The notes beneath the pieces are model-generated. The model did no database searches, was not told the origin of the DNA, and saw nothing but the letters and a program-made list of their open reading frames with translations. From contig CAZRTB010000004.1 of assembly GCA_964602915.1 (NCBI GenBank), positions 84,149-148,148 of the forward strand: a stretch of DNA of 64,000 nt, in the 5' to 3' direction. A program made the translations under genes and the position numbers. This document shows, in pieces, positions 1-9,529 of the stretch. Numbering within the stretch: position 1 is the first letter of the stretch; every line of letters starts with the position of its first letter. The DNA comes from an uncultured Gammaproteobacteria bacterium (lineage in GTDB: Bacteria > Cyanobacteriota > Vampirovibrionia > 2-02-FULL-35-15).

Positions 1-221
1 GGTGCGAAGACTGATACCCGTAAGGGTACTGAATCCTACCTCCCCAGATAATTTCCAGTTTTCACACATTCAACAACACTTGAAAATGGTTCTTTCAGCT
101 CTATCACAAGCTTTTAACTTTAAAGGACTCATCAAAGAACTAACAAACCTAAGCTAAACAAATTAACTATTTTTATTAATTATAGTCCTATCAATTTTAC
201 CCAAACAGCTCTTTTAAAGAC

Positions 222-482
222 TTAATTACTCGACATAGAATGACATAGTCCAATTGCTACCATTAGTCTAATAAGCTTTACAAAAGAATTATAAAACATT
301 TTACTGTCACCTTTAGACACCGCATTCAACAACTTTCCTTGAAGTTCAGCAACTTTGGGAGTGAATCCATCTTCAGTATGATTAATAATATCCGTGGGAT
401 CATCTGAAGCCACATAAATTGCCTTCCTAGAATTAGGATCTCTTGACAATGAATACGATGGCTCATTCTGCAGTGATATCAT
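222..482 (-). CDS. Hypothetical protein (86 aa)
   Basis: ORF; ATG at 482 preceded by AGAAGGA SD-like sequence is preferred over the track's TTG at 518; no recognisable motif. Confidence 0.55.
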   Translation of the reverse strand: MISLQNEPSYSLSRDPNSRKAIYVASDDPTDIINHTEDGFTPKVAELQGKLLNAVSKGDSKMFYNSFVKLIRLMVAIGLCHSMSSN

Positions 483-814
483 AGAATTTATCCTTCTAAA
501 CTGAATTATAAATATCAAATTTAAGATTCAATTAACAAAAAATACTAAATCTAAAGTATAAATTTTTTCCTCAAAATTACTTTATATAGAAAGTGAAGCC
601 TGTATTTCCTCACATAAAAACGATTCTAACGATTTTTCTCAAATTCGTATAAATTATTTACCACAACAAAGCCTACAGACATTTAGTATTCATCTAATAC
701 ATATATAATTTTTTTAAATATTTTAGCTAATTCAATAGTTATATTACTCCTTAATATTTGCAATTAAACTTTATAGTATATTAAATCAAATTAAATGACA
801 GGAGATCAAGAATA

Positions 815-2599
815 ATGAAGCAAATTATAAACAATAAAACACCTAGAGTAAAAAAGTCCAAATTCTTTATTGGTTTATTTCTTGCTTTAATAATATTATT
901 TTCATATTACAACTCCTTAGAAAAACCAGGATCTTCCTCTGCCCAAGCTATAGAGTGTGATGGTATTCAATGCGGCATTAATTGTTGCCCAACTGGTTGT
1001 TGTATAACAAATCCAACTATTTGTGCAAATTCCGGAGGCTGTATACCAATACCTACTTCAACACCATTTCTACCTCCACCTCCCTCTCCTTCTCCATCTC
1101 CTTCTCCATCTCCTTCTCCATCTCCTTCTCCATCCCCTTCAGAATCTCCTTCAGAGTCTCCTTCAACGACTCCAACTATGAGTACAAACAATACAAACTC
1201 AGGTTGCACTTATAAACAGTGTGGACCACTCTGTTGTATAAACGACTGTTGCCCAACAAATCCTAATGCTTGTATAGATTTTGAAAGTTGTACGACTCTT
1301 GCTACAGATGAAACATCTACTTCAAGTACAAGTAGTTCAAGTACAAGCGGTTCAAGCACAAGCAGTTCGAGTACAAGCAGTTCAAGTACAAGCAGTTCGA
1401 GCACAAGCTCAGGGAGTGTATCAACCACCTCATCAACTCCAACGGCACTGTGCACTACTAACGGTCCTGATTGTACAGAAAATAATTTATTCATTTGTCC
1501 ACCAGGTAGCAATCCCATATGTTCAGCAAGCCAACCAATCTGCAAAGTAGCCTCAACAATTACAACAAGAATTAGAGAAATTCTTTCAAACTTTTCAAAT
1601 AGTACAATTGGTGACCTTATTAATGGAAGTTGCCAAATTGGAACACCATTTTGTAATCAAGACACGGTTTCATGTACGCTAGGATATTCAGTTTCTTGTG
1701 ATAGTGGAGAAGCCACCTGTGATGAAGTTCAAGGTATCCCGCTTTGTAAAAATGGAAGTACCGTTACACAAGTAACTTGTAAAAAACCATCAAGAAATAT
1801 TTCAGGTTCAAGTCTCATCATCCTATCATCTCCAGAATTTCCAGATGTTATTCATTTACCTTTAATAACAGATGAATTAGGAAATATCGGATTCTCCTAC
1901 AGTGGTTCAGATCCAACTTTTGAAATTACAACAGATGGCATATTTAATAGATACCTTGGGAAAAATTCAGCCAGAAAATTATCACGCCTTCTAAGCACAG
2001 ATATTTCAAGCATAGACTTAATAGATAGCACAGGTACACTTTTTACTAATTTAGATTTTACTGCTGATAATATTGAAAGTAATCAAGATAGATTACTTTT
2101 AACATTACACATACCTGATGAAGTACAAAGTGGATTATCAACATTTATATTAAAACTGAATGATGGCAGAGCATTAAATGGTGGAATCCAAATTGTTGAT
2201 AGCAAAAAAGTAAATATTGTCACTATTGAAAATCCAAACAAAAAGCCAATAAACGATCAGCCCATAATTACAAAGCTAAGAATTAAAAAGCATGGTCAAA
2301 AAGTCACGATTGGACTTTCAGGCAAGAATTTTGTAAGTAGACAAATCTACTACGACAATGGCGGTACTGAAGTATTTAGTTCTCATGACAAGATTCCAGA
2401 CCCATATACATCAGTTACAATTTACCCATCAGATTTAGATATAAAAGTAAAAAGGAAGATTGTTACTTCTAGAAGTAAATTTATGAAAATAGAGTTACAG
2501 CTACCTCTAAGTATCAGTAAGCTTACTAAAGGTATACTGGTATTAACCACACCTACTGGAATAACATCTCAACCTTTTGTAATAAAAGGCTCAAAATAA
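815..2599 (+). CDS. Cys-rich, Pro/Ser- and Ser/Thr-linker surface protein (594 aa) with N-terminal membrane anchor/signal and probable C-terminal Ig-like domains
   Basis: N-terminal basic plus hydrophobic segment; two 29-aa 8-Cys repeats; (PS)n and (SSSST)n linkers; beta-rich C-terminus; GGAG SD upstream. Confidence 0.85.
   Translation: MKQIINNKTPRVKKSKFFIGLFLALIILFSYYNSLEKPGSSSAQAIECDGIQCGINCCPTGCCITNPTICANSGGCIPIPTSTPFLPPPPSPSPSPSPSPSPSPSPSPSESPSESPSTTPTMSTNNTNSGCTYKQCGPLCCINDCCPTNPNACIDFESCTTLATDETSTSSTSSSSTSGSSTSSSSTSSSSTSSSSTSSGSVSTTSSTPTALCTTNGPDCTENNLFICPPGSNPICSASQPICKVASTITTRIREILSNFSNSTIGDLINGSCQIGTPFCNQDTVSCTLGYSVSCDSGEATCDEVQGIPLCKNGSTVTQVTCKKPSRNISGSSLIILSSPEFPDVIHLPLITDELGNIGFSYSGSDPTFEITTDGIFNRYLGKNSARKLSRLLSTDISSIDLIDSTGTLFTNLDFTADNIESNQDRLLLTLHIPDEVQSGLSTFILKLNDGRALNGGIQIVDSKKVNIVTIENPNKKPINDQPIITKLRIKKHGQKVTIGLSGKNFVSRQIYYDNGGTEVFSSHDKIPDPYTSVTIYPSDLDIKVKRKIVTSRSKFMKIELQLPLSISKLTKGILVLTTPTGITSQPFVIKGSK
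1085..1132 (+). repeat. Coding tandem repeat (TCTCCTTCTCCA)x4 encoding (SP)n linker
   Basis: Four exact 12-nt copies read directly. Confidence 0.95.
1331..1405 (+). repeat. Coding tandem repeat, five degenerate 15-nt units (AGCAGTTCRAGYACA) encoding SSSST
   Basis: Read directly from sequence. Confidence 0.9.
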
Positions 2600-2708
2600 A
2601 ACCCTAGACTTTCTTTAATCTGTTATCTTCCAATTACCCTATAATTGGATTTGAATTGTATAATATGAGAGAATCTGCATCAAGAACTAAAGATGACTAA
2701 ATAAAGAA

Positions 2709-3779
2709 TTGAAACTAATATCTAAAAGTGAATATCGTTCTGTGTTAAGGAAGTATTTAACTAATGAAGATTTCAAGCCAGACACAAAAGAGGTTGTGCG
2801 TTATTTCATTTCAATGTCTCTGTATTTGATTGGTATTTATAGCCTGTTAAATCTTCAGCCCTTACCAGGAAGAATACTTATATCAATTTCTATGGGCATA
2901 ATTCTTACCTCACTTTCTTTCTTTAACCATGATTTAATGCATGGAGCAATTATAAAATCAAAAAAAATTACTTATCTTCTTGGACTCTCTGTAGGAATAT
3001 TTAATTTCTTTGCACCATTATTTTGGCAACGATTGCATAATTTTCATCACGCAAGAACAGGAAATTTAGATGATCCAGATCGAATGTATATATGGAGTGA
3101 AAAACCCAAAAATGCATTTGAAAGGATTGTTTATGATATCAGAGTTTCTAAAGATTCATACAATAACCCTTTTAGCTTATTTTTTTTATCAATAGGATTT
3201 TTTTGGTATTTTGGCACCATGTATTATGCATTATTACAAAGAAAAACCAAATATAGAGAAGATAGCCAATACAAAGAAGTAAGAAAACTTTTCAAAGACA
3301 AAGAGCTATTTCTAGTTTTTGGTGAGCTGTTTTTAATTCTAGGCTTCCAGTCGTTCTTATTTTTCACATTTGCAAAAGGTAGCTTTATAAACTATTTTCT
3401 TATTGCTCTTTTTCCCGCATTAATATCTCATTTAATAACAATGATCTATATTCACACAAATCATTTTCTTTCACCACTTACAAATGACATAGATGATCCC
3501 TTAGTTAATTCTCTTTCTTTAAAAAACAGTTGGATTGTAGACAAAATATTTTCAAATTTTTCTCACCATGTAGAACATCACTTATTCCCAGCAATGAGTT
3601 CAGCTCACTACCCAAAAATCAGAAAACTTCTTTTAGACTTGTATCCTAACAGATTTCAACTGATCCCAATGGTTGATGCAATAAAACAGTTGTGCACAAC
3701 ACCAAGGATCTATAAAGAGAATATTTATCTAGTTAATTATACAGATGATAAAAAGCATAAGTGCCTACTGCCGTCATAA
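2709..3779 (+). CDS. Membrane fatty-acid desaturase family protein
   Basis: Three His boxes HDLMH, HNFHH, HVEHH; hydrophobic segments; TTG start. Confidence 0.9.
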   Translation: MKLISKSEYRSVLRKYLTNEDFKPDTKEVVRYFISMSLYLIGIYSLLNLQPLPGRILISISMGIILTSLSFFNHDLMHGAIIKSKKITYLLGLSVGIFNFFAPLFWQRLHNFHHARTGNLDDPDRMYIWSEKPKNAFERIVYDIRVSKDSYNNPFSLFFLSIGFFWYFGTMYYALLQRKTKYREDSQYKEVRKLFKDKELFLVFGELFLILGFQSFLFFTFAKGSFINYFLIALFPALISHLITMIYIHTNHFLSPLTNDIDDPLVNSLSLKNSWIVDKIFSNFSHHVEHHLFPAMSSAHYPKIRKLLLDLYPNRFQLIPMVDAIKQLCTTPRIYKENIYLVNYTDDKKHKCLLPS

Positions 3780-3798
3780 AGAATCTCAAATTTTCCAA

Positions 3799-4785
3799 TT
3801 ACTTTGACACTACAATCCACATATGAGATGAAAGATTATTTTCTGATAAGAATTTCTGAAAAGCATTTCCACAATTATCCCAATTATCAATTAATACTTG
3901 CTTAAAAAAAGGAGCAGGATTATATTTTCCAGAAAGAATCATTTTTCTTACAATTTCTGCATCTAACTGTCCAGGAGTAGATTTTTCAACAAGCTTAAAT
4001 CCAGAAGATTTAAGTAAGCGCTCCAAAGAATCCAAGTGAAACATATTAATATGCTCATGATCAATAGAAGAAGACCCTGCACCAAGAAGAGAAATATCAA
4101 ACCCTTTTACATTTGGACAAGTTAATATTAAAAGGCCTTCATCACTAATTAGCTTATAGCATTTTTGTAAAAAATCTTTTGGGGAGAATAAATGTTCTAT
4201 TACTTCAAAGCTTGCAATTACATTAACAGAACCTTCAGGAATATCTGCACATTCAAAAGGCTCTTGAATTACCTCTACACCACGATTTGTACATGACATT
4301 GCCAAGTCTGGATTTGGCTCTATTGCTAATACTCTCTTAAAATACTTAGTTTTTTTAACTTCTTCACAAAAAGTTCCATGTCCTGCACCAATTTCCAGCA
4401 TGAAATCTCGCTGAATATTTAGCTTATTACAAATATTTAGGATTTTTTCTATGCGGGGAATGAATATTGATTTTCTTCTTACATCTTCAGATGCAGGGAA
4501 AATATATTTATTCCAGTAATTATAATTTTCTGATTCTAAATAAAATATCTTTAAATGCTCTGGCTTAGGTCTTGGATTTGCATATAAAGTTTCACAAATT
4601 TTACATTCTACAAATCTAAATCCATTTTTATAAAATTTTTCATATTCTTGATCTGATTCACAGACAGGACACTTAATACTTACGAAATCATTTTTAAATT
4701 TTAGTATCTTTTCAATATCATTCTTTAAAATCTCTTCCTGAGACTTTATAAATTCTTCTGGTCTAATATCAGATTCTTTAAACAA
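3799..4785 (-). CDS. Class I SAM-dependent methyltransferase with N-terminal zinc ribbon (glycan-locus type)
   Basis: CPVC...CKIC zinc ribbon, LEIGAGHG SAM motif, FEVIEHL motif. Confidence 0.9.
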   Translation of the reverse strand: MFKESDIRPEEFIKSQEEILKNDIEKILKFKNDFVSIKCPVCESDQEYEKFYKNGFRFVECKICETLYANPRPKPEHLKIFYLESENYNYWNKYIFPASEDVRRKSIFIPRIEKILNICNKLNIQRDFMLEIGAGHGTFCEEVKKTKYFKRVLAIEPNPDLAMSCTNRGVEVIQEPFECADIPEGSVNVIASFEVIEHLFSPKDFLQKCYKLISDEGLLILTCPNVKGFDISLLGAGSSSIDHEHINMFHLDSLERLLKSSGFKLVEKSTPGQLDAEIVRKMILSGKYNPAPFFKQVLIDNWDNCGNAFQKFLSENNLSSHMWIVVSK

Positions 4786-5977
4786 TTTTTAAAGACCTCT
4801 TTAAAGAAGCATCTCCATAGCTGGATCTTCCACCCCAAACATTATCTTTCACCCATTTATTTTCTTCTATTTCCCAAACTCTTTTATCTCTAAAAGTATC
4901 ACAAACATCATCAAATTCTTCTTCACTCATGCCTACATATTTCAACCAGCGATCAAGATCTTTTCTTGGTTTTACGTGATCGTATTGTTTTACCATTTCA
5001 ACACCTTGTTCTCTGGTTATAATTCCTAATCTTATATCTTTAGAAGCATGATCACTTGCTCTCCCATACCCAAATTTAACAAACTTTAAATAGTCGTGAA
5101 TTCCATTTTCATGCATATCATCCAAGTTAGAAATCCTACGATAAGTTCTTTCAAATTCATGTTCAGATTTTTGCCAACCATATAATTTTGTCATTAGTTC
5201 TGCATTCTTATTTCCATCCCAATTTATATAATTACTTAAATATACTCCTTTAATACCAAGAGAAGAGATTTCATCATCTGTTGGATACTGAGCCCATAAC
5301 AAGTCCTTAAAACTTAGACCTTCTTTCAAATCAAGCCTATCTAGTTTTTCTAAGCCTTCATCCGTAAAATCATCCCAATCATACCCCCTTAGAGAATGCT
5401 CTAATCTATGTTTCGAAGTAAATTCCACCATATCCTTATGTGAAAACATCCCTGCTAAATCCATAAAACCATGTTCACCCCATAAAATTAATGGTATTTT
5501 AAATTTCACAGCAATTTGGATAGGAAAAGTAAATATGCCACAATGGCAATGCCAGTTCATATCTCCCTGCAGTTTAAAACCAATGCGATTCATTTTAATA
5601 AGAGTCTCTATGCTTGGCTTAAAGATTATATGATCACAATCAAAAACTTCTCTCATACGATTTAAGTTATATTCACCTTCAGGAAGGTAATTATTCCCGT
5701 GATAAGTAACCAACAGAGGCTTTAATCCTAGTTCTTTTACAGCTATATGAGTTTGAAAATAACTATCTTTACCACCGCTAACTGGAATAACAACATCATA
5801 ATTATTATTTGCTTTGTATTCATTTGCTAAAGTTTTAAGCCATAGCCTACGCTCATCCCAATCTATAGATTTCTTCTGATCATGCACCAAACAACCCGAA
5901 CACACACCACTATCATTAATTAATAATGGGGTAGCACTTACATCAGGATAAACACATCTAGTACAATATCTAACCAT
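4778..5977 (-). CDS. N-acetyl sugar amidotransferase (WbuX family)
   Basis: YCTRCVYP N-terminus, PP-loop SGGKDS, YGRASDHASKDIR motif; adjacent HisF/HisH paralogues. Confidence 0.9.
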   Translation of the reverse strand: MVRYCTRCVYPDVSATPLLINDSGVCSGCLVHDQKKSIDWDERRLWLKTLANEYKANNNYDVVIPVSGGKDSYFQTHIAVKELGLKPLLVTYHGNNYLPEGEYNLNRMREVFDCDHIIFKPSIETLIKMNRIGFKLQGDMNWHCHCGIFTFPIQIAVKFKIPLILWGEHGFMDLAGMFSHKDMVEFTSKHRLEHSLRGYDWDDFTDEGLEKLDRLDLKEGLSFKDLLWAQYPTDDEISSLGIKGVYLSNYINWDGNKNAELMTKLYGWQKSEHEFERTYRRISNLDDMHENGIHDYLKFVKFGYGRASDHASKDIRLGIITREQGVEMVKQYDHVKPRKDLDRWLKYVGMSEEEFDDVCDTFRDKRVWEIEENKWVKDNVWGGRSSYGDASLKRSLKIV

Positions 5978-5980
5978 AAA

Positions 5981-6766
5981 TTAAAGTCTAACATTAATTC
6001 CTGCCTGAGATAAAACTTTTTTACTGTTTTTGTCTACCATTTCTTTAAAATGCCAAATATTTGCTGAAGCTACAGCTGAAGCACCAGCTTTTATTGCATC
6101 GATATAATGTTCATAACATCCTACTCCACCACAAACTATAACTGGGATATTAACAGCATTTACAATCTCTTTTATTAATTCAATATCATACCCATCTCCA
6201 GTACCATCCCGATCAATGCTATTCAAAAAAATTTCTCCAGCTCCAAGTTTCTCTATTTCAGAGACCCAATCTAACAGTTTAACTTCAGCGAGCTGTTTGC
6301 CATGATTAATATAAACTTCTCTTTTTCCATTTGAGGAGAGAACATCAACACCTACAACAATTGCCTGACTACCAAAGATTCTTGCTGATTTGGAAATTAA
6401 ATCTGGACCAAGAACTGCAGAAGTATTAATCACGACCTTATCAGCACCCATGCTAATTCTTTCTTTTATATCATCGATCGTATTTATTCCCCCTCCCCAG
6501 GCAAGTGGCATAAAGCACGTTTTACTAACCTCTTTTAAAATCTGTAAGCTATCATTTAGATTTTTAATCTTATGGTCTTCACGTTTAGAAGTATATGACC
6601 TTCTGTCACTAATATCTAAATAGATTAACTCATCCACAGACCATTCGTTGAATCTTTTAACTTCATGCATTGGATCTCCAATGATTTGATAAGTAGAGAA
6701 TCTTTCACTCCGTACTAAGTACCCATCTTTTAGAAGTAAAACTGGAATCACTCTATTTTTAAGCAT
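5981..6766 (-). CDS. HisF-like glycosyl-amidation protein (WbuZ family)
   Basis: HisF-fold motifs (GGGI, GAGEI, SIDRDGT, GGVG) but RVIPVLLLKDG lacks the HisF catalytic Asp; cluster context. Confidence 0.85.
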   Translation of the reverse strand: MLKNRVIPVLLLKDGYLVRSERFSTYQIIGDPMHEVKRFNEWSVDELIYLDISDRRSYTSKREDHKIKNLNDSLQILKEVSKTCFMPLAWGGGINTIDDIKERISMGADKVVINTSAVLGPDLISKSARIFGSQAIVVGVDVLSSNGKREVYINHGKQLAEVKLLDWVSEIEKLGAGEIFLNSIDRDGTGDGYDIELIKEIVNAVNIPVIVCGGVGCYEHYIDAIKAGASAVASANIWHFKEMVDKNSKKVLSQAGINVRL

Positions 6767-7385
6767 TTTGTTTAATGAAATTTCTTAATACAGTTAACCC
6801 AGCTTTGTGACTTTTCTCAGGATGGAATTGTGTTGCAGTAATATTATTTAATCTAATACTTGAAACAAAATCACATCCATAGTTTGTCATTCCGGTAATT
6901 ACAGAGTTATCCTCAGGTATTAGGATATAGCTATGCAAAAAATAGAATGTTTCCGATTTGCCCAAACCATCATAAATAGGATCATTTCCTAGAAACCTAA
7001 CTTCATTCCATCCTACATGTGGAATCCGAAGTTTTGAATCTAGTGATTCAATCTTTTTAACACTACCACTTATCCAGTTAAGTCCTTTATGCATGCCATA
7101 CTCATGACTAATTGTTGCTAATAGTTGCATTCCAAGACAGATTCCCAAAAATGGCTTTTTTTTTTGAATAACCTCACAATATAATGATTCAACCCACTTA
7201 TTATTAACCAAATTATCAATACCATTAGCAAAGGCTCCTACACCTGGAAGCACTATATGAGTAGCCATTGATAAATCATTTGGGTTAGATACAACTTTTA
7301 CTGATACATTTAGTGAAGAGAAAGCATTTACAACAGATTGTAAGTTACCCATCCCATAGTCAACTACAACTACACATTCTTTCAT
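6759..7385 (-). CDS. HisH-like glutamine amidotransferase (WbuY family)
   Basis: DYGMGN, LPGVGAF, GICLGMQ (Cys nucleophile), QFHPEKS (His-Glu). Confidence 0.9.
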   Translation of the reverse strand: MKECVVVVDYGMGNLQSVVNAFSSLNVSVKVVSNPNDLSMATHIVLPGVGAFANGIDNLVNNKWVESLYCEVIQKKKPFLGICLGMQLLATISHEYGMHKGLNWISGSVKKIESLDSKLRIPHVGWNEVRFLGNDPIYDGLGKSETFYFLHSYILIPEDNSVITGMTNYGCDFVSSIRLNNITATQFHPEKSHKAGLTVLRNFIKQNA

Positions 7386-7496
7386 TTAAAATAATCATAA
7401 CACAAAGAATAAATCAAATTTTCTTTATCATTTCATCACTTATTAAAATTACTTTTAAAAATTTTGCTATCATCTAGTCCTTAGGAGAATTTAAAC

Positions 7497-8177
7497 ATGA
7501 ATAGAAATATTTTAATTTTGATTTTAATTATTACAATGCTTACTTCAGCTCGCTTTGCATTTAGTGAAACCGGTGGTGGTACAAAGATAGACTGTACAAT
7601 TTTAACCAATGAAGGTGGCAACACTACCTTATTACCTTCAGGAAATACAGGCACTGTTGGCAAAGATGTTATTTTAGGTTGCATGGGACTTCCTGGAGCT
7701 TTTACAGGCGATGATTTACTCACTATATCTGGAAGTACGGGAAATAACTCCATTGCACAAGTATTCCCTTTTCAAAACAATCTTACTGTTAATCCAGATG
7801 GAAGCACTGATACAGTTAATATAAGCATTATGATTTTATCTGCAGGAAGCACAGATATAGCAGTAGATTTTGGTGGTGCTATGAATTTTGATGTAAATAG
7901 CACTTTGTGGACCTTTAGTTCAATGTCAACAACTTCAAGTAGCTCTACATCAAGTAGCAGTTCTACTTCTGGTCAGCCTTCTACTTCTTCATCAGGTTCT
8001 ACAGCTTCATCAGGCGGATCAGCTACTATTTGTTCAGCTGGTATTACACAGTGCACAGGAAAGACTTCCAGAGTTGAATGTAAATCATGTTGTTCTGCTT
8101 TATCTGTAGACAAAAAATGTCAAAAGAAGTGTAAGAAGAAATGCAGAAAAGTTTCTAATGTAGACGATGAGATTTAA
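7497..8177 (+). CDS. Secreted protein with beta-rich N-domain, Ser/Thr linker and C-terminal basic 8-Cys domain
   Basis: Signal peptide (AFS), SSTTSSSSTSSSS linker, ICSAGITQC..CKSCC..CQKKCKKKC; AGGAG SD. Confidence 0.85.
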   Translation: MNRNILILILIITMLTSARFAFSETGGGTKIDCTILTNEGGNTTLLPSGNTGTVGKDVILGCMGLPGAFTGDDLLTISGSTGNNSIAQVFPFQNNLTVNPDGSTDTVNISIMILSAGSTDIAVDFGGAMNFDVNSTLWTFSSMSTTSSSSTSSSSSTSGQPSTSSSGSTASSGGSATICSAGITQCTGKTSRVECKSCCSALSVDKKCQKKCKKKCRKVSNVDDEI

Positions 8178-8187
8178 GACAATTAGC

Positions 8188-8445
8188 TTATAACAATGCA
8201 AGTGCGCCAAGGATTGCCGCCAGGATACCACCAACTGTAGCTATAATCCCTGCTTTGGATCCTCCGGGACTTGGGTTTTGAGATTCTGGTGTACGAGAAG
8301 ATGGTCCTGGCCTCACCCATTGCACAGGTGTACCTCTAGAGGTTTGATGACTAACTCCAGGAGCAGAAAAGTTCCTAGTTCCTGCTGAACTACGTTCTAC
8401 AGTCCCACCATTTCCATTAGGTCCATATGTCGTAATTCTTGTCAT
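8188..8445 (-). CDS. Hypothetical protein with disordered N-terminus and C-terminal hydrophobic anchor (85 aa)
   Basis: ORF fills the intergenic space; C-terminal GIIATVGGILAAILGALALL. Confidence 0.7.
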   Translation of the reverse strand: MTRITTYGPNGNGGTVERSSAGTRNFSAPGVSHQTSRGTPVQWVRPGPSSRTPESQNPSPGGSKAGIIATVGGILAAILGALALL

Positions 8446-8539
8446 AAAATTTAAAAGTTAATCTCTTTAGTTATGATAAATATAACAAATTCACTTTCTA
8501 TCTGTCGATTAAGAGATTAAGGATCTGGGTTAAATTCTT

Positions 8540-9406
8540 TTAATCTTGCTTACCAAAATAACCGCTTTTGAAAGGCTCTCTTACAAAAGGATTTCGATCA
8601 AAAATATCTTTTACTAAGCTTTGATTCGAATCTAGATCACTTTTTAAATCCCAGAATTCTGGATCCTGAATAAGCCAGAGGCAAGCTTCTTCTAAATCTT
8701 TCAGATATGGCTTTATAAACCTGTCATTAGGGTTTATTTTATGTATAAGTCTTAGAGCATTAAATATAATTTTTAATTTGCCTGGATTTGGCAGTCTATT
8801 TATCCACGATCCATCAGATTTATTTAAAGGGTCACCTAGAAGATAATATAAGCACTCTACAAAACCATAGTCTGGAATAGTTTTATCTTTATATAGATTT
8901 ATTAAAAAATCATTCACTAATTCATCTTGCTTTTCTTCTTCTACAAATGATAATTTTTCATAAAATCCTTTAATTAGCATCTGTGTTTCTATCTGGAGCA
9001 GTATTTTAGGGTTAGATGATATGTAGTGAAATAAATCCTCCATAAATTCTAAGATTTTAGATTTATCCTTCTCATTGCTTAACTCTTCTAAGAATAGACT
9101 TACTCCTTCTTTAGTAGTAAGCACTAAACAAAGAGTTTTCAATATAGCAGATTCACTTTTTTCATCTATCCTGTTAACAGAATATCCTAATGGTAATTCT
9201 GGCTTACAGTTAACAATGAGCTGACGAGTTTCTGTATTTATATAGTTTAAACTTTCTAATTTCCCGAGATAATCATGTAGTCCTAATGCACTTCTGGTTT
9301 TGTATTGTTGATTATCAATTCCTTTATCAGTCTTCGGATCACTAAAATAAAAACTTAATAGCCCAGAAATTATTTTTTGTGAATTAACTATTATCAGTAG
9401 AATCAT
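8540..9406 (-). CDS. Hypothetical helical protein (288 aa)
   Basis: Long ORF in AT-rich DNA; no motif recognised. Confidence 0.75.
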   Translation of the reverse strand: MILLIIVNSQKIISGLLSFYFSDPKTDKGIDNQQYKTRSALGLHDYLGKLESLNYINTETRQLIVNCKPELPLGYSVNRIDEKSESAILKTLCLVLTTKEGVSLFLEELSNEKDKSKILEFMEDLFHYISSNPKILLQIETQMLIKGFYEKLSFVEEEKQDELVNDFLINLYKDKTIPDYGFVECLYYLLGDPLNKSDGSWINRLPNPGKLKIIFNALRLIHKINPNDRFIKPYLKDLEEACLWLIQDPEFWDLKSDLDSNQSLVKDIFDRNPFVREPFKSGYFGKQD

Positions 9407-9529
9407 AAATATAGTTTTACTCTTTTTAGTCTATGAATTCAATAGGAAAAGATTAAATCTGCTTAACAATTTTTCTTAATCTTATTTCATTACGCTTATA
9501 TTTATTTCAACTATGGGAATATAATTTCT

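Noticed and set aside
967-1550. Four alternative-frame or antisense ORFs over the 594-aa gene
   Set aside because: Shadows of low-complexity (PS)n and (SSSST)n repeats; no independent motifs
5981-7385. hisF/hisH as histidine biosynthesis genes
   Set aside because: The HisF catalytic Asp is absent and the genes are coupled to a WbuX-type amidotransferase
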